Shown here: positions 27,181 through 38,206 of the stretch, in pieces
Layout: each line of letters opens with the position of its first letter
Numbering within the stretch: the first letter of the stretch is position 1
Assembly (NCBI RefSeq): GCF_022539665.2
Contig: NC_081334.1
Location: forward strand, 2,976,001 to 3,040,000
Reading direction: 5' to 3'
DNA length: 64,000 bases
Origin: Daphnia carinata
Taxonomy: Eukaryota
The notes under the pieces: generated by a model
Database searches by the model: none
The model's input: only the letters and a program-made list of their open reading frames with translations
What the model was told of the DNA's origin: nothing
Program-made: the position numbers and the translations under genes

Positions 27181-28405
27181 TTAGAAATCTTTTAGTTTTT
27201 TAATCTTGCGAGCTTCCAAATGAAAGTCAATATTGTTTTCGCTGCCAGGAGGGTTCAGACGTTTCTGTATCGTACAAAAATAAATATTGGTACGCGTAAA
27301 ATCCAAAAATTTTTAAATGTGATAAGATAATGATTACCGAGTTAGTGTTAGGATAATTAGTTGTTTGTAGATACATGGCAAATTGGTTTCTGTCCGCGAA
27401 GAAGTTATAATTCGTACGCATCCGCAATCGAGTTGTCAGATTCACTAGCTTCTTTTAATCTCTTTGTAGTCAAAGCATTCAAGTTAGGTTTAGTTGTAAC
27501 TTTAATTCTAATTAGTATAGATGTACGAAAATTTTTGGTTCAATGGTTCGTATACGAAAATTTTTGGTTCAATGTCGAAATTAGAGATATTGTTAGACTT
27601 TTGGATAAGAAAGCTATTAACCTTAGTTGTCCTTCACCAGCCTGTTAATAAGGTAATCTACTTGGCGTAATGAGAGCTATGGGGCGCTACTGGCTACAAA
27701 GACTGTCAAGAATACGATCTGTTACCATGATGCGATGCTTCTCCTTGCAAGCGAACTCAGTCTCATCGACGTCATTGTAGCAATCGCTTTTGTAGTGTTT
27801 AGGAAGCTGTTGTCCTTCGAATTCGCATAATTTCTTCAATGACCGTGCCTTCACAATCATGTTGTCGAATCCAGTCGGTTTTTCTTGGGGACAGTAAAAA
27901 ACATCCTACGTAATTAAAATGTATGATTATTCTGCAGAAAACAGTAGGTAAGAGAGGCAAATATCTCTTTACCGGTGTATTTTTATCATAAACAATGGAC
28001 TTGCGCAGCATGTCCCCAGCAAGTGCTGTACCAACCTTAAAAGGAAACATTGTGAAATTTACTTCAAATAATAGCAGACGTAATTCAAAATTTTACCATA
28101 ACCAGCACTAGAAAAACGTAAGAATTGAAGTAGCCTAAATAAACAAAGAAAAGAAAAATAAGAATTACAAAGAATGTCATGCAGACGAAGTTTAAGTTTT
28201 TTCATGGGGAGTTGTTTTAAGTTTTAATCCATAGTTGGTAAATGGAACGAAAGGAAAACGAAATTGCAAAGGCGTTGGCCTACTTGATGCTCGCCACAAC
28301 TTTCATTTCGTGAAACGCAGTTCACCACTTCAAATGAAATAAATTGTAAACTAAACCAAAATCTAAACATAGTTGTGTTGTTGATGATCAGAATCACTCA
28401 CCCAT
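27181..28405 (-). CDS. Small secreted 4-Cys protein (~122 aa), not evident from the ORF track
   Basis: Exons 28402-28405, 28097-28134, 27973-28035, 27726-27905 and 27181-27264 join in frame through GT-AG introns: MGYFNSYVFLVLVMVGTALA|GDMLRKSIVYDKNTPDVFYCPQEKPTGFDNMIVKARSLKKLCEFEGQQLPKHYKSDCYNDVDETEFACKEKHRIMKRLNPPGSENNIDFHLEARKIKKLKDF*. Confidence 0.8.
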
Positions 28406-28454
28406 TCTTGGGGATTGAAGAACCAAACTATGTGAAAAGAATCCTCAGTTAAAG

Positions 28455-28666
28455 GTTCTAGTTACGGTGGTCGCCGAAACTTGACTGACTGTCTTTGTAC
28501 CTTTCTCTTCGTTAGGATGTTAGTACAGGTATATGAGCTCACCTCTGCTGGCTTATTGTTAGGCAAGATGGCCTTTAGCGATCTTCGTGAAGGCTGCAAG
28601 TTAAACCCCATTTCCGTGGTCTAGAACACCCGAATGCCCAAGGCCGTTCCCGCTTGCCCTAGGCAT
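28455..28666 (+). ncRNA. Candidate structured RNA element (unidentified)
   Basis: Nested helices read by eye, with G-U pairs on the + strand; see findings. Confidence 0.4.
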
Positions 28667-28946
28667 GTGTTTATTATTTGCGTAAACAGCATCCCTTTCT
28701 TTTAATTATTTTAATTTCTAAGTCATTAAGGAACCAAATTCCAAATAATAAATGACAACTGAATGTTGCATTTGAATTTATGAAAATTCTACTTTCATTT
28801 ACATTTTAGTTTTCATTAATTTTTGGGACACTTTTTCAAGCCAAAATTATATCGCATATTCTCAAAAAAAAAAATTCTACGTGAAGAAATTGCATGCCTT
28901 TGAAACCTTCCTCAAACACTCAAAACTAGAACGGGGTAAAAAAATA

Positions 28947-28987
<41 letters not shown>

Positions 28988-29235
28988 TTGGGTTCCAATG
29001 GAAAAGTGTGGACATTACCCGACCAATCGGATCCGAGAACGTGGTTTGCCAGAGAAAGACGTGGCATGTTGTCTGCTAGTACCGTCAGTTGATTCCGTAG
29101 ACGAAAGTTCTTGTTCCTCCAGCCGGCAGTTGTGTAGAAAGAACTTGGTATAGTTGGACGTGGAATTTTGGGTTTTAACGAAACTGCCTACTTTATCAAT
29201 AGACTCTTTGCGTTCAATTGCATTTAAGAAGTAAA

Positions 29236-29993
29236 ATGAACAAGTTTATTTTAATTGGATTTTTTCTCTCTGTCATTGCCATTTTTGACAGTTATGCACT
29301 TAAACCATCTGATTGTGAAGGTATACTATTGCAATATTATTATATTGACTAAGATTTCTCGGATTGCTGATGTTAGCGCATTATCTTTAAATGATGTTCT
29401 AAAAATTTTAATTTGTTCTTTGATTTTGCAGTTTGTTTTGGAGTTGTTGAAAAATTTGCTGCAGGATTGACATCCAAGGAAAAGAAAGACCCTAAGTTGA
29501 TAGAAGATAAATTCAGAAAATTTTGTAAAACAGCCAAAGGAAAAGATCACAGATTTGTAAGTAAAAGCAAATATCCCAAATGGTTAGAAAGAATGATCAA
29601 GTTACATCTATTATTGTAGTGCTATTATCTTGGTGGCTTAGAGGAGTCAGCTACAGGAATTCTAAGTGAAATGTCAAAGCCCCTGTCTTGGTCCACGCCT
29701 GTTGACAAGGTCTGTGAGAAGCTCAAAAAGAAGGACAACCAGATTTGTGACTTGAGATATGGTAACTGATGTTTTAAGCTTATTTTTTTTTATAACTAAC
29801 CCATAAATTTATATTTTCTAATGTAGAGAAAAGTATTGACGTGAAAACTGTTGACCTGAAAAAACTCAAAGTTCGTGATTTGAAGAAAATCTTGAGTGAC
29901 TGGGATGAAACATGTGAGGACTGCATTGAGAAAGGAGACTTCATTAAGAGAATAGAAGTGCTCAAGCCCAAATATGTCAAAGAAGAATTGTAA
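29236..29993 (+). CDS. Manf: Mesencephalic astrocyte-derived neurotrophic factor (MANF/ARMET), 4 exons
   Basis: Signal peptide, [65 protein letters not shown], and C-terminal KEEL. Confidence 0.97.
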
Positions 29994-32033
29994 CATAGAA
30001 TTAGTTAAGTAAAAGTTAGACTAATTGCTCTTATGATGTTTGTCCAGAAATAATATTTCATTTGTATCTTTCGCATACATGCAACACGTCCGTGAGTCCC
30101 AGTTTATTTTTGCTCTTTTCAACGCGGATAGCTGGTAAAAATTTCTCTAAAAACCCTAGATGGCAGAGAATCACGTTTTACGGGAATTCAATGCGTGAGT
30201 TAAAGCGTTCACTGATGGGTAACGAATTATTGAGTTACCATCACACTAAAAGCATTTTCACACAGTTGTCGGTCGTGAAGTATGTAGCCTTCGGGGAAAG
30301 CCCAGATTCCAAAAATCAACGTATTTCTTCATCAGTTCTGGTGCACTCTGTGCCACTTCTGCCGATTCAATGTACGACAAGAATTGTAACGTAAAAAGTT
30401 TGTATATTTCCTAACGGCTGCAACCGATACCATTGGTACGATGAAGGGAAATTGTGGCAAGTCGAAAGACAAATTAGTTGTTGCTTATAGCAATTGTTCA
30501 ATTATTAGTGAGGTCGTCTAGTAATATTTTATTACTAGAACAGTGTTTGGATGTCAGACACCTTATTGTCCTTGTAGGATGATCTTAAAAACAGGCGTGT
30601 ATACGACAGAATCCCGTTGTGAAACCATTCTTCTGAATCTGTGGTTGCAGTTAAACGCGATTTGTTGCTCGAATGCCTTAACTTCTTAAAAGGAGTCCTA
30701 TTACAACCACAGGGGATCCGGAATGTGGGACTTCGGTGAAAATACCTTGCAGCTAAGTGGCTACACATTTTTTTATAGACGAGTCAAGAGCAATGATCCC
30801 GAAGTATCTAGTGTTTATACCATTAGTTTGGGTACTGCAACTAAGGCTTCCGTGACGCACAAGCAGTCGCTTGGTTATGCAACACTACAGATGTGGATTT
30901 TTTCTGGAGGAATTTTACAAATTGGCAACCTGGCTCTATTGCATAGTTGTTACACAGCTTTTTTGATGAAATGGATTATTGTTGTCCAGAACTTGTTTTA
31001 TAGGAACATGAATTTGTAAAGCGAGTTTTTTAGTTTTCCAATTTCTATATGTTTAGTTGCAAAGAGTGTTTCTAAAACTATCAAGCAATTCTGATATTGA
31101 TATAAAACAACGTATAACACACCACATGTATTGCAATTGATATCTTATCTCATATGACATTTGTTGTCAGGTTGTCATTTAACATTGCTATCAGATACGT
31201 ACTTCCGGGATAAATTCCATCATCAAGGACGATGTGCCCTCCTAATAATTGTCTTGTGTCTTTACTCTTTTTTTTTTCTCTCTTATTTACATTTTTTTAA
31301 CTGACAGTTTGACTAAAGCAAATAACACCATGAATTGAAAAACACCACGTTATAAATTCAAGTCACGTGGTTGCTGAACCAAACGTGGGAGGGGGGGGGG
31401 GGACGAGAAAACGATAGAAATCTCAAGATTCTCAACGAAAGAATTCTTAAAAATAAAATGCGATCAGCGAGGCGGAGACTGATTTGAGCGACGATACAGT
31501 ACAAAACATTATAATCGAGATCCTGCCACCTTTAGTCTGTTTAAGTTACTGGAAAAATGGGAAATATTTTTTCAAAACGAATTTGTTCCTGCAAATCATA
31601 AAAATCAATGGTAGACCATAATAGAAAAAAAAGTCACCTGAAGCCTCTAACCAATGGACAACTAAAAGTTAACACAAGGCTCCGCCCCCAGATGGCTAGA
31701 AAATAGTTCTCATGTATATTAAGGTAGAAAGATTCTCCTCCTTAACTCTACCTCTATGCCTTACGTTCCAACCGACCTAAAAAAAAAAAAAAAAAAAAAT
31801 TAAGCAAAAAGCGAACTCCTATTTCCCCTCCCAGTGGCTCTCGGCAGTCTCAGCTGGGCGGATCATAATCAGTCTCAGCTAAAGGGAGAGATTTTGCCGT
31901 TCATTTTCACTTCAACCCTGCTGCCTCCCGTGACACTTCGTCTCCATACAAGTGATATTTTATTGTTTTATCAATTTTGCTTTTAAAATTTTAGCTATCG
32001 ATAAGATTCCATACAGTAGAATTCTAATCAGTC

Positions 32034-35000
32034 ATGGAGTCGACTAACGACTATGATGTCGTGAGAAATATGACATTACTTTTTTTTCTGGAACGATTGT
32101 TGGAACGGGGTCAGCCGAGGTCGCTTCACGATCTCAGCTGTCAATTTGGCTCAAAAGGTTTCACCAAAACTATGAGACAAATTGCTGGGGGTTCACAATC
32201 AGGGTTGAAGAAGTTTCTTTCCCAATATCCATCTGTATTTACTGTTGATGGAGATTTTGTGACAGCAGCTGTTTTGACTGGTCCTGATTCTAGCCGAAGC
32301 CAGAAAAGCACAAATGGTAAACGTGACTATGAGCAAGAGGCTGTAGAATATTTCCACAACAAAATGCAGCAATATGGAGCTGGCATTGAAGTTCCTTTAA
32401 GGAGCCTTTTGGGTCATCGGTCACAAGCTTCTCCTGAGATTCGTCACATAACTGGACAGCATATTCGAGAGTTTAGAGATTTTTTGGAAAGGCATCCTGA
32501 AGTGTTCATCATGCATGATGAATCTATCTTCTTGAAAGAATATGAAGGAATGGAAATCAAACCTTTTAAGGAACTTGAGCAGCCAAAGCTCGATCCAGAG
32601 CTAACAAATAAAGTATCTCTTTACCAATTTAAAGTGTAATGATGACAGGTAACTAATCATAATTTCCTAGTTCTTGATCTACTTCAGAATGTTTGTAGAA
32701 AGGAATGGACCAAAGCATGTTGAAGAACTGTTGGAGGCTGTAACCAAAAGTTATCCAAGAGAATCGTGGATCAATCTTTTGAGCACAAGTCATGACCTTG
32801 CCACATTCTTCAAGCTGCATTCCAACATTTTCCATGTTCAAGCAAACATTGTGGACATCATTCCTTACAACCTACGAAAAGCAGCCGAGACCAACGAGGC
32901 ACCCATCGTTAACAACTCTAATAATAATAAAAACCAAGAACCAAGTTCATTGTCACCTCCCCCTTCATTGCAATCTTCTCAAGAAAAGCAAAGTCTCAAG
33001 CAACGTGTAAATTCAATCGTAATGAAGACGCTAGCCGAAAATACCGGCCGGGACAGAACGCCTGCTGGACACGAATCTCCTACGAAAGAAATAACGTCGC
33101 CGTCCAAAATGCGTGTCCTTCAGTCAACACGGGTCATTAGCTCAACCAAAGAAAGCACTGTAGTTGTCAACGATATAATTGGCTCCCAAAAAGTCGTCTC
33201 TTTAGACCTAGAAGGCGTCAATGTCGGCGGCAGCAACGGAGAAGTATAATCCACTTATGTACAATTTAAAACTATCTATACAATTTGAAAAACATCTAAT
33301 GTATCCCAGGTAACACTTGCTGTGATTGGACTTCCTTCTGGTCTCATTTACATTTTTGATTTGATTACTTGCCCGTCAATCATGAGTCACGGAATGCTTG
33401 CCAGCTTGATTATGTCCAAGGAGGTTGTTAAGGTACGTATCTAAATGATAAATTGTTTGGTTCAGTTTCACGTACGTGTAAATCAATGCATTTAGGTCTG
33501 CCATGATTGCAAAAATGATAGTGCTGCCCTAAATTTGGGCTGGAATGTCAAATTGGAAAATGTATTCGACACACAGGTAGTACCATTACTTTGAAATTTT
33601 ACCCTATAATCAAGTATGTTTCAGTTCAAGCTCGTAAGTTGTATGCTATAAATTATTCAAAACCTATGAATTTGGCCTCTTTTGAATGAATGTAGGCAGC
33701 CCATGCTGTCCTCCAGCTGCAAGAGACGGGCCGGGCTGTACATAAAGTTAAAACAACCAGCTTGAACGCCATGTGTGAGAATTACGATTTACCCACTAAT
33801 CCATTCAAAGGTAAGCTATTTTTTCTCGTTTTCGTGTCGTTGTTTGTGGTGGGTGGTAGCTTTTCCGCCCTTCCAACCCCTTCTGTTGCCCAAGCCGTTG
33901 TCAGTTGCCGAGCCATTGTCAAGCATTTCTACGGATTTACTGAATAGCCAGAGATCGGGTGTAGTAACTACCATAACACTCTTGCGATTATACCTGCGGG
34001 GCTAGTTGAAGAAAGGAGTTGAAAAAGGGTGCGGAAGTAGGGCTTCACTTCCGCATATCGGATAATAGGTCGATTGGGCCAGTGTTTTGGTTGTGCACAC
34101 CTCACGCTTCACAACTGTTCATCGACCACCACATGCGCGTGTATGCTCATAAATAGACCATGAGTGCAAACTTTTTTTTTTTTGTTTGGTTTTGTTTTGT
34201 TTTTGTTATTAAAGAGCTGGTGAAGACAATCTACAAACGAGACCAGCGTTTTTGGGCCCGGAGACCTCTGACTAGAGACATGATTTTATACGCGGCTTAC
34301 GACGTCATGCCGCTAGTTCCGCACCTATACGACTTGCTCAACAACGCAGTGAAGCCCGAATTCCGCCCGCTTTTGGAAGAACTGTGCGCCGAAAACTTGC
34401 TCGCGTTACTTCAACCCGATGAAGTCAGACGAAGCAAGAAGGAACGCAAATTAGACATGGAAGTTTTGGAGCTACGTCAAAAATTGGCTACTGTGCAAGG
34501 CAAAGGAGTCGTGCTTAGCAACCGAGAGATCCGATTGCTCAGGTAATGCAAATTTCTTGTTTTCTTGTAATTTCTCTGCTTGATATTATACTTGATCATC
34601 ACAAATTAGGCATCTCGATTTGACTGATGAAGAACGAGAGAAACTTGATGGTTCTTACAAAGTAGCCAAAAAGCTTGAAAAGCTTCAATCGAAAAAGCAG
34701 GATCAACAGCAAAACTCGCTGGGAAGTACCAGTGATGACGTTAACTACTGTAACCAATCACCTAATGCCGATGGTGAATCACGAAGCCTCGATTCACAAG
34801 GCAGCAGCGAAAAAACATCGCCTGAAACATCGCTCATTGGTTCGAATGGTATGGGTGATGGTCACCTACATATTAACCACAATGTATAAAATTCTTTTCG
34901 CCTATAGGTTGTCCTTTATCGCCGTCTAGTTCGGTACGGTCACCTTATTCGAGCTTGAGTTTGACGGCATCAATGCAGCTAGTAGATGAAATTCTATCGG

Positions 35001-35323
35001 ATCAACGCATCGAAAAAATGGATAAAATCGAACGACTTGAAGCCATTCTCTCGGCAGCCACAGCTAGCAGTCCTTCGTCCATTACATTGTCTTCTAGTGA
35101 ACTGAGTAGCAGCTGTTGTAATTGTGATTGCCATAGCACTACTAAGTACGTTTTACAGCGCGATTCCCTTCCTGGGAGATACGTGACAGAAGTCGGCTGT
35201 CAAACTCTTTCCACTGGTGATATAGTCATCACTAAAGTTTATTTCCCTGAGGGTGACACTTCTGCCTCAGAAATTTGCCTAACACCTTCGCCCAAAAAGA
35301 CGAAACCTACCCAGTTTCAGTAG
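32034..35323 (+). CDS. egl: Egalitarian (3'-5' exonuclease-like RNA-binding dynein cargo adaptor), multi-exon
   Basis: N-terminal RNMTLLFFLERLLERGQPRSLHDLSCQFG, exonuclease-like motifs (SLDLEG, HDCKND, FDTQAAH, FWARRPLTRDMILYAAYDV) and the dynein-light-chain-binding motif EVGCQT. Confidence 0.95.
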
Positions 35324-35899
35324 AATTGCGATCATTTATAAATTTTAGTGTCTATGCAACTCTTGATTCCTTTTCTTAATATTTATAGAATTCTGTTGAT
35401 TTATCTATTAGAGTAACGAAGTAGCATAAAAGCTCTATAGATACAAGATAATACTGCCTTAGTGTACGAATGACACGATTGCTTGAACTCTTGTGATGAA
35501 TTATGGTTTTGTAATCATTTGACAAGGCCTTACTATGGAAACTAACTTGATTTTATCTTATGGAACATTTCACCTTTGATTTTGACTTCTTTGAACTAGA
35601 GAAAACAATTAAATTCTTCTGTGCATTGCACATCTTTTTACTACAAAAGGAACTAATCACATGATGTAATTATTTTGTTGTCACTAGTGCTTTTTAATGC
35701 TTGTGGGAATTCCTGAGCCATGTACATTATATTGTGTTGTCTTTGCAGGTCTGACACACTTCATTAGCCAGAAGTATGTTAAGATATGGAACTATCAAAT
35801 CTCACTAACATTTCTAGCTATCCTCAAAACATGTTTCAGATTCTGAGGAATGTGTATTTTGAGGAAAGTGCTATCAGTCAATACAAAAATGGAAGAGTA

Positions 35900-36250
35900 T
35901 TATTCTATTTTGAATCCTTTTTTTCTAAGATCTGCTTTTGCATCTTTAATCTCTTGTTTAAGTTCTTTGGCAGCTTCCTCACAGTCATTGAATGTATAGA
36001 CTCTCCAAGCGATTATGGATACAGATATGACCTGTAAAATACGAAATTTTACAACAAATTTAATAATTATAATCAAAGACGAAAATGAAAGAAAACTTAC
36101 AGCGAAAGCCAGTAGTACGTAAAAGGGTAGGAATAAGACGAAGTGTCTGACAAAATCAGTAGAATGACCGACCGGCGTACTAACAAAGAGATAAGCCCAG
36201 ACACCAACAAATAAGCCCGACGCTCCTAGCCATTCAACCAATTTTGTCAT
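35900..36250 (-). CDS. DPM3: Dolichol-phosphate mannosyltransferase subunit 3, 2 exons (intron ~36032-36100)
   Basis: MTKLVEWL, two TM segments, and RVYTFNDCEEAAKELKQEIKDAKADLRKKGF. Confidence 0.95.
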   Translation of the reverse strand: MTKLVEWLGASGLFVGVWAYLFVSTPVGHSTDFVRHFVLFLPFYVLLAFAVSFLSFSSLIIIIKFVVKFRILQVISVSIIAWRVYTFNDCEEAAKELKQEIKDAKADLRKKGFKIE

Positions 36251-36504
36251 TGTGAGAAAAAGAAAACAATTTCAAGACGAAACTGTCAACACTAAAAAGA
36301 TTGAAGAAAAATCTGCTGTCGTCAACAATCAAAAGTGTGCACGGTTGCCTGAATCACGTCTTATTTGCATATTTGCTTTACTTCTTAGGTATTTACTAGT
36401 ATTATTGCAATCTGCCTGAAAATTTTTGTTTACAGAGGTTAGTTTTTATTTTACGAGAAAACATTTATTTGCTAAAGTATTGGTTGAAACTTGAAAGTAT
36501 TATA

Positions 36505-36535
36505 TATCGATAGGTTCGATACGTTCTACGATAGC
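36505..36535. promoter_or_regulatory. DRE (DREF-binding element) cluster in the DPM3/pol-iota bidirectional promoter
   Basis: A perfect TATCGATA palindrome at ~36505 plus two adjacent CGATA half-sites, between head-to-head genes 372 bp apart. Confidence 0.6.
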
Positions 36536-36622
36536 TGCACTTCAGCTGAAGGGAATAGCATGTTTAGTTTCGTTCCTTACTGGTAGTCAGATTGTTGATT
36601 TTTTTTTTTAAGTTTAAAAAAA

Positions 36623-38206
36623 ATGGAGGAAGAAGACGGAGATCATGATTTTTTATTCAGTGCTGCAGCTCAGTCAACCGACAGACATGAAAGAGTAATC
36701 GTTCATATTGACATCGATTGCTATTATGCCCAAGTTGAAATGATACTCAATCCATCGCTGCGTGGCAAACCACTCGGTATAAAACAGAAAAATCTTGTTG
36801 TAACCTGCAACTATGAAGCACGAGCTCTGGGCGTCGAAAAACTTATGACGATAAAGTCTGCATTGGAAAAGTGTCCTTCATTGATACTGGCAAATGGGGA
36901 GGACTTAAAAAATTATAGAGAGATGTCAGAAAAGATTTATAAGGTGCTTCAGTCATACAGCCCTTTTGTAGAGAAACTTGGCCTGGATGAGAACTTTGTT
37001 GATGTAACTCATAAGATCGTGAAGTCCCCAGAAGTTCAACATGTTATTTCTGGACACACTTTCCATGACAGCGAAGATATTTGTACATGTGGTTGTACTG
37101 AAAGACTAGCACAAGGATCACTTATTGCCCAGAAAATGAGAGATCATCTTAGAGATGAATTGGGAATCACTTCCTGTGGTGGGATTGCTTTTAACAAGCT
37201 TTTAGCTAAGCTAGTTGGAACAACTCATAAACCAAATCAACAGACAACATTGCTTTCAACTTCATCCTTAAGTCTGATAAAATCATTGAAGCACCTAAGA
37301 AACATTCCCGGGATTGGCTCAGCAATCAACAGAAAACTTGAAGTGCTTGGCATTAATACAATAGAGAAACTACAATCTGCAGAAATGTGTAAACTTACGG
37401 AAGCACTTGGAGGCAAAACAGCTAACCAAATTCAACAACTGAGTTTTGGCATAGACAACAGCCATGTGAAGATAACAGACAGACCAAAATCAATTGGAGC
37501 TGAGGATGGCTTTATCCCAATCAGAAGTGAGGGTGAGGTCCGGAAGAAGCTAAGTTGTCTGTTAAATCGGGTTTTGGAGTTGGTTGAGAAAGATGGTCGC
37601 AAACCATGTCAGCTCAAGCTGACAGTACGAAAACTACATCCCTCGAGCCACAGTGTAAGAGAGAGTCGTCAGACGACCATAGAATATGGAACTGGAACTG
37701 GTAGTAGCACACAGCAGGGTCCAGGAGACGAAAAACAAAAAATGAAGCTAATGACAACCTTAATGAATCTTTTCGAAAGGATCATCGACTGTGACGTTTC
37801 ATGGCAAGTTACATTGCTTGGCATCTCATTTTCGGGTTTCTCATCCGGAAATAGTGAAAGCCCAGCTAAAAACTCGATCAACAAATACTTCCCCGTGAAA
37901 AAAAGTCCATTGCGATCAGAGGAACCCCTACCGCCATCCAAGCGTTGTCGCTTTGACGAATCCGTACTTCAAGAATTGCCACCAGACATTCGCCAAGAAG
38001 TGCTAGAAGATATGCAAAACCAATTGCCTTCGCCCGACCCACAAAAGCCAACCGATTCTGATTGTCCAAAAGGAGTCGATCCGCTGGTCTTTTGCGAACT
38101 TCCCGTGGAAATCAGGGAAGAACTCTTAGCAGAGGAAAGAACGAAAAAGCAAACTACCATAAAAAAATCTAACAATTTGTTACAGTACTTTCGGAAAGCG
38201 TCCTAG
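36623..38206 (+). CDS. POLI: DNA polymerase iota (Y-family), single-exon ORF of 527 aa
   Basis: IVHIDIDCYYAQVEM, KQKNLVVTCNYEAR, LGLDENFVD, NKLLAKLV..HKPNQQT, a PIP-like INKYF, and two UBMs (DESVLQELPPDIRQEVL; DPLVFCELPVEIREELL). Confidence 0.95.
   Translation: MEEEDGDHDFLFSAAAQSTDRHERVIVHIDIDCYYAQVEMILNPSLRGKPLGIKQKNLVVTCNYEARALGVEKLMTIKSALEKCPSLILANGEDLKNYREMSEKIYKVLQSYSPFVEKLGLDENFVDVTHKIVKSPEVQHVISGHTFHDSEDICTCGCTERLAQGSLIAQKMRDHLRDELGITSCGGIAFNKLLAKLVGTTHKPNQQTTLLSTSSLSLIKSLKHLRNIPGIGSAINRKLEVLGINTIEKLQSAEMCKLTEALGGKTANQIQQLSFGIDNSHVKITDRPKSIGAEDGFIPIRSEGEVRKKLSCLLNRVLELVEKDGRKPCQLKLTVRKLHPSSHSVRESRQTTIEYGTGTGSSTQQGPGDEKQKMKLMTTLMNLFERIIDCDVSWQVTLLGISFSGFSSGNSESPAKNSINKYFPVKKSPLRSEEPLPPSKRCRFDESVLQELPPDIRQEVLEDMQNQLPSPDPQKPTDSDCPKGVDPLVFCELPVEIREELLAEERTKKQTTIKKSNNLLQYFRKAS

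Noticed and set aside
28505..28570. Telomerase RNA template for TTAGG repeats (CCTAAC twice on the - strand)
   Set aside because: The matches are only 6 nt, the structure favours the opposite strand, and no pseudoknot or promoter was identified.
28949..28984. Long poly-T runs (also 10573-10599, and poly-A at 31779)
   Set aside because: Ordinary homopolymers with no TSD or retroelement body next to them.
32613..32670. U12-type intron in egl (GTATCTCTT donor)
   Set aside because: It deviates from RTATCCTT and has no TCCTTAAC branch site.
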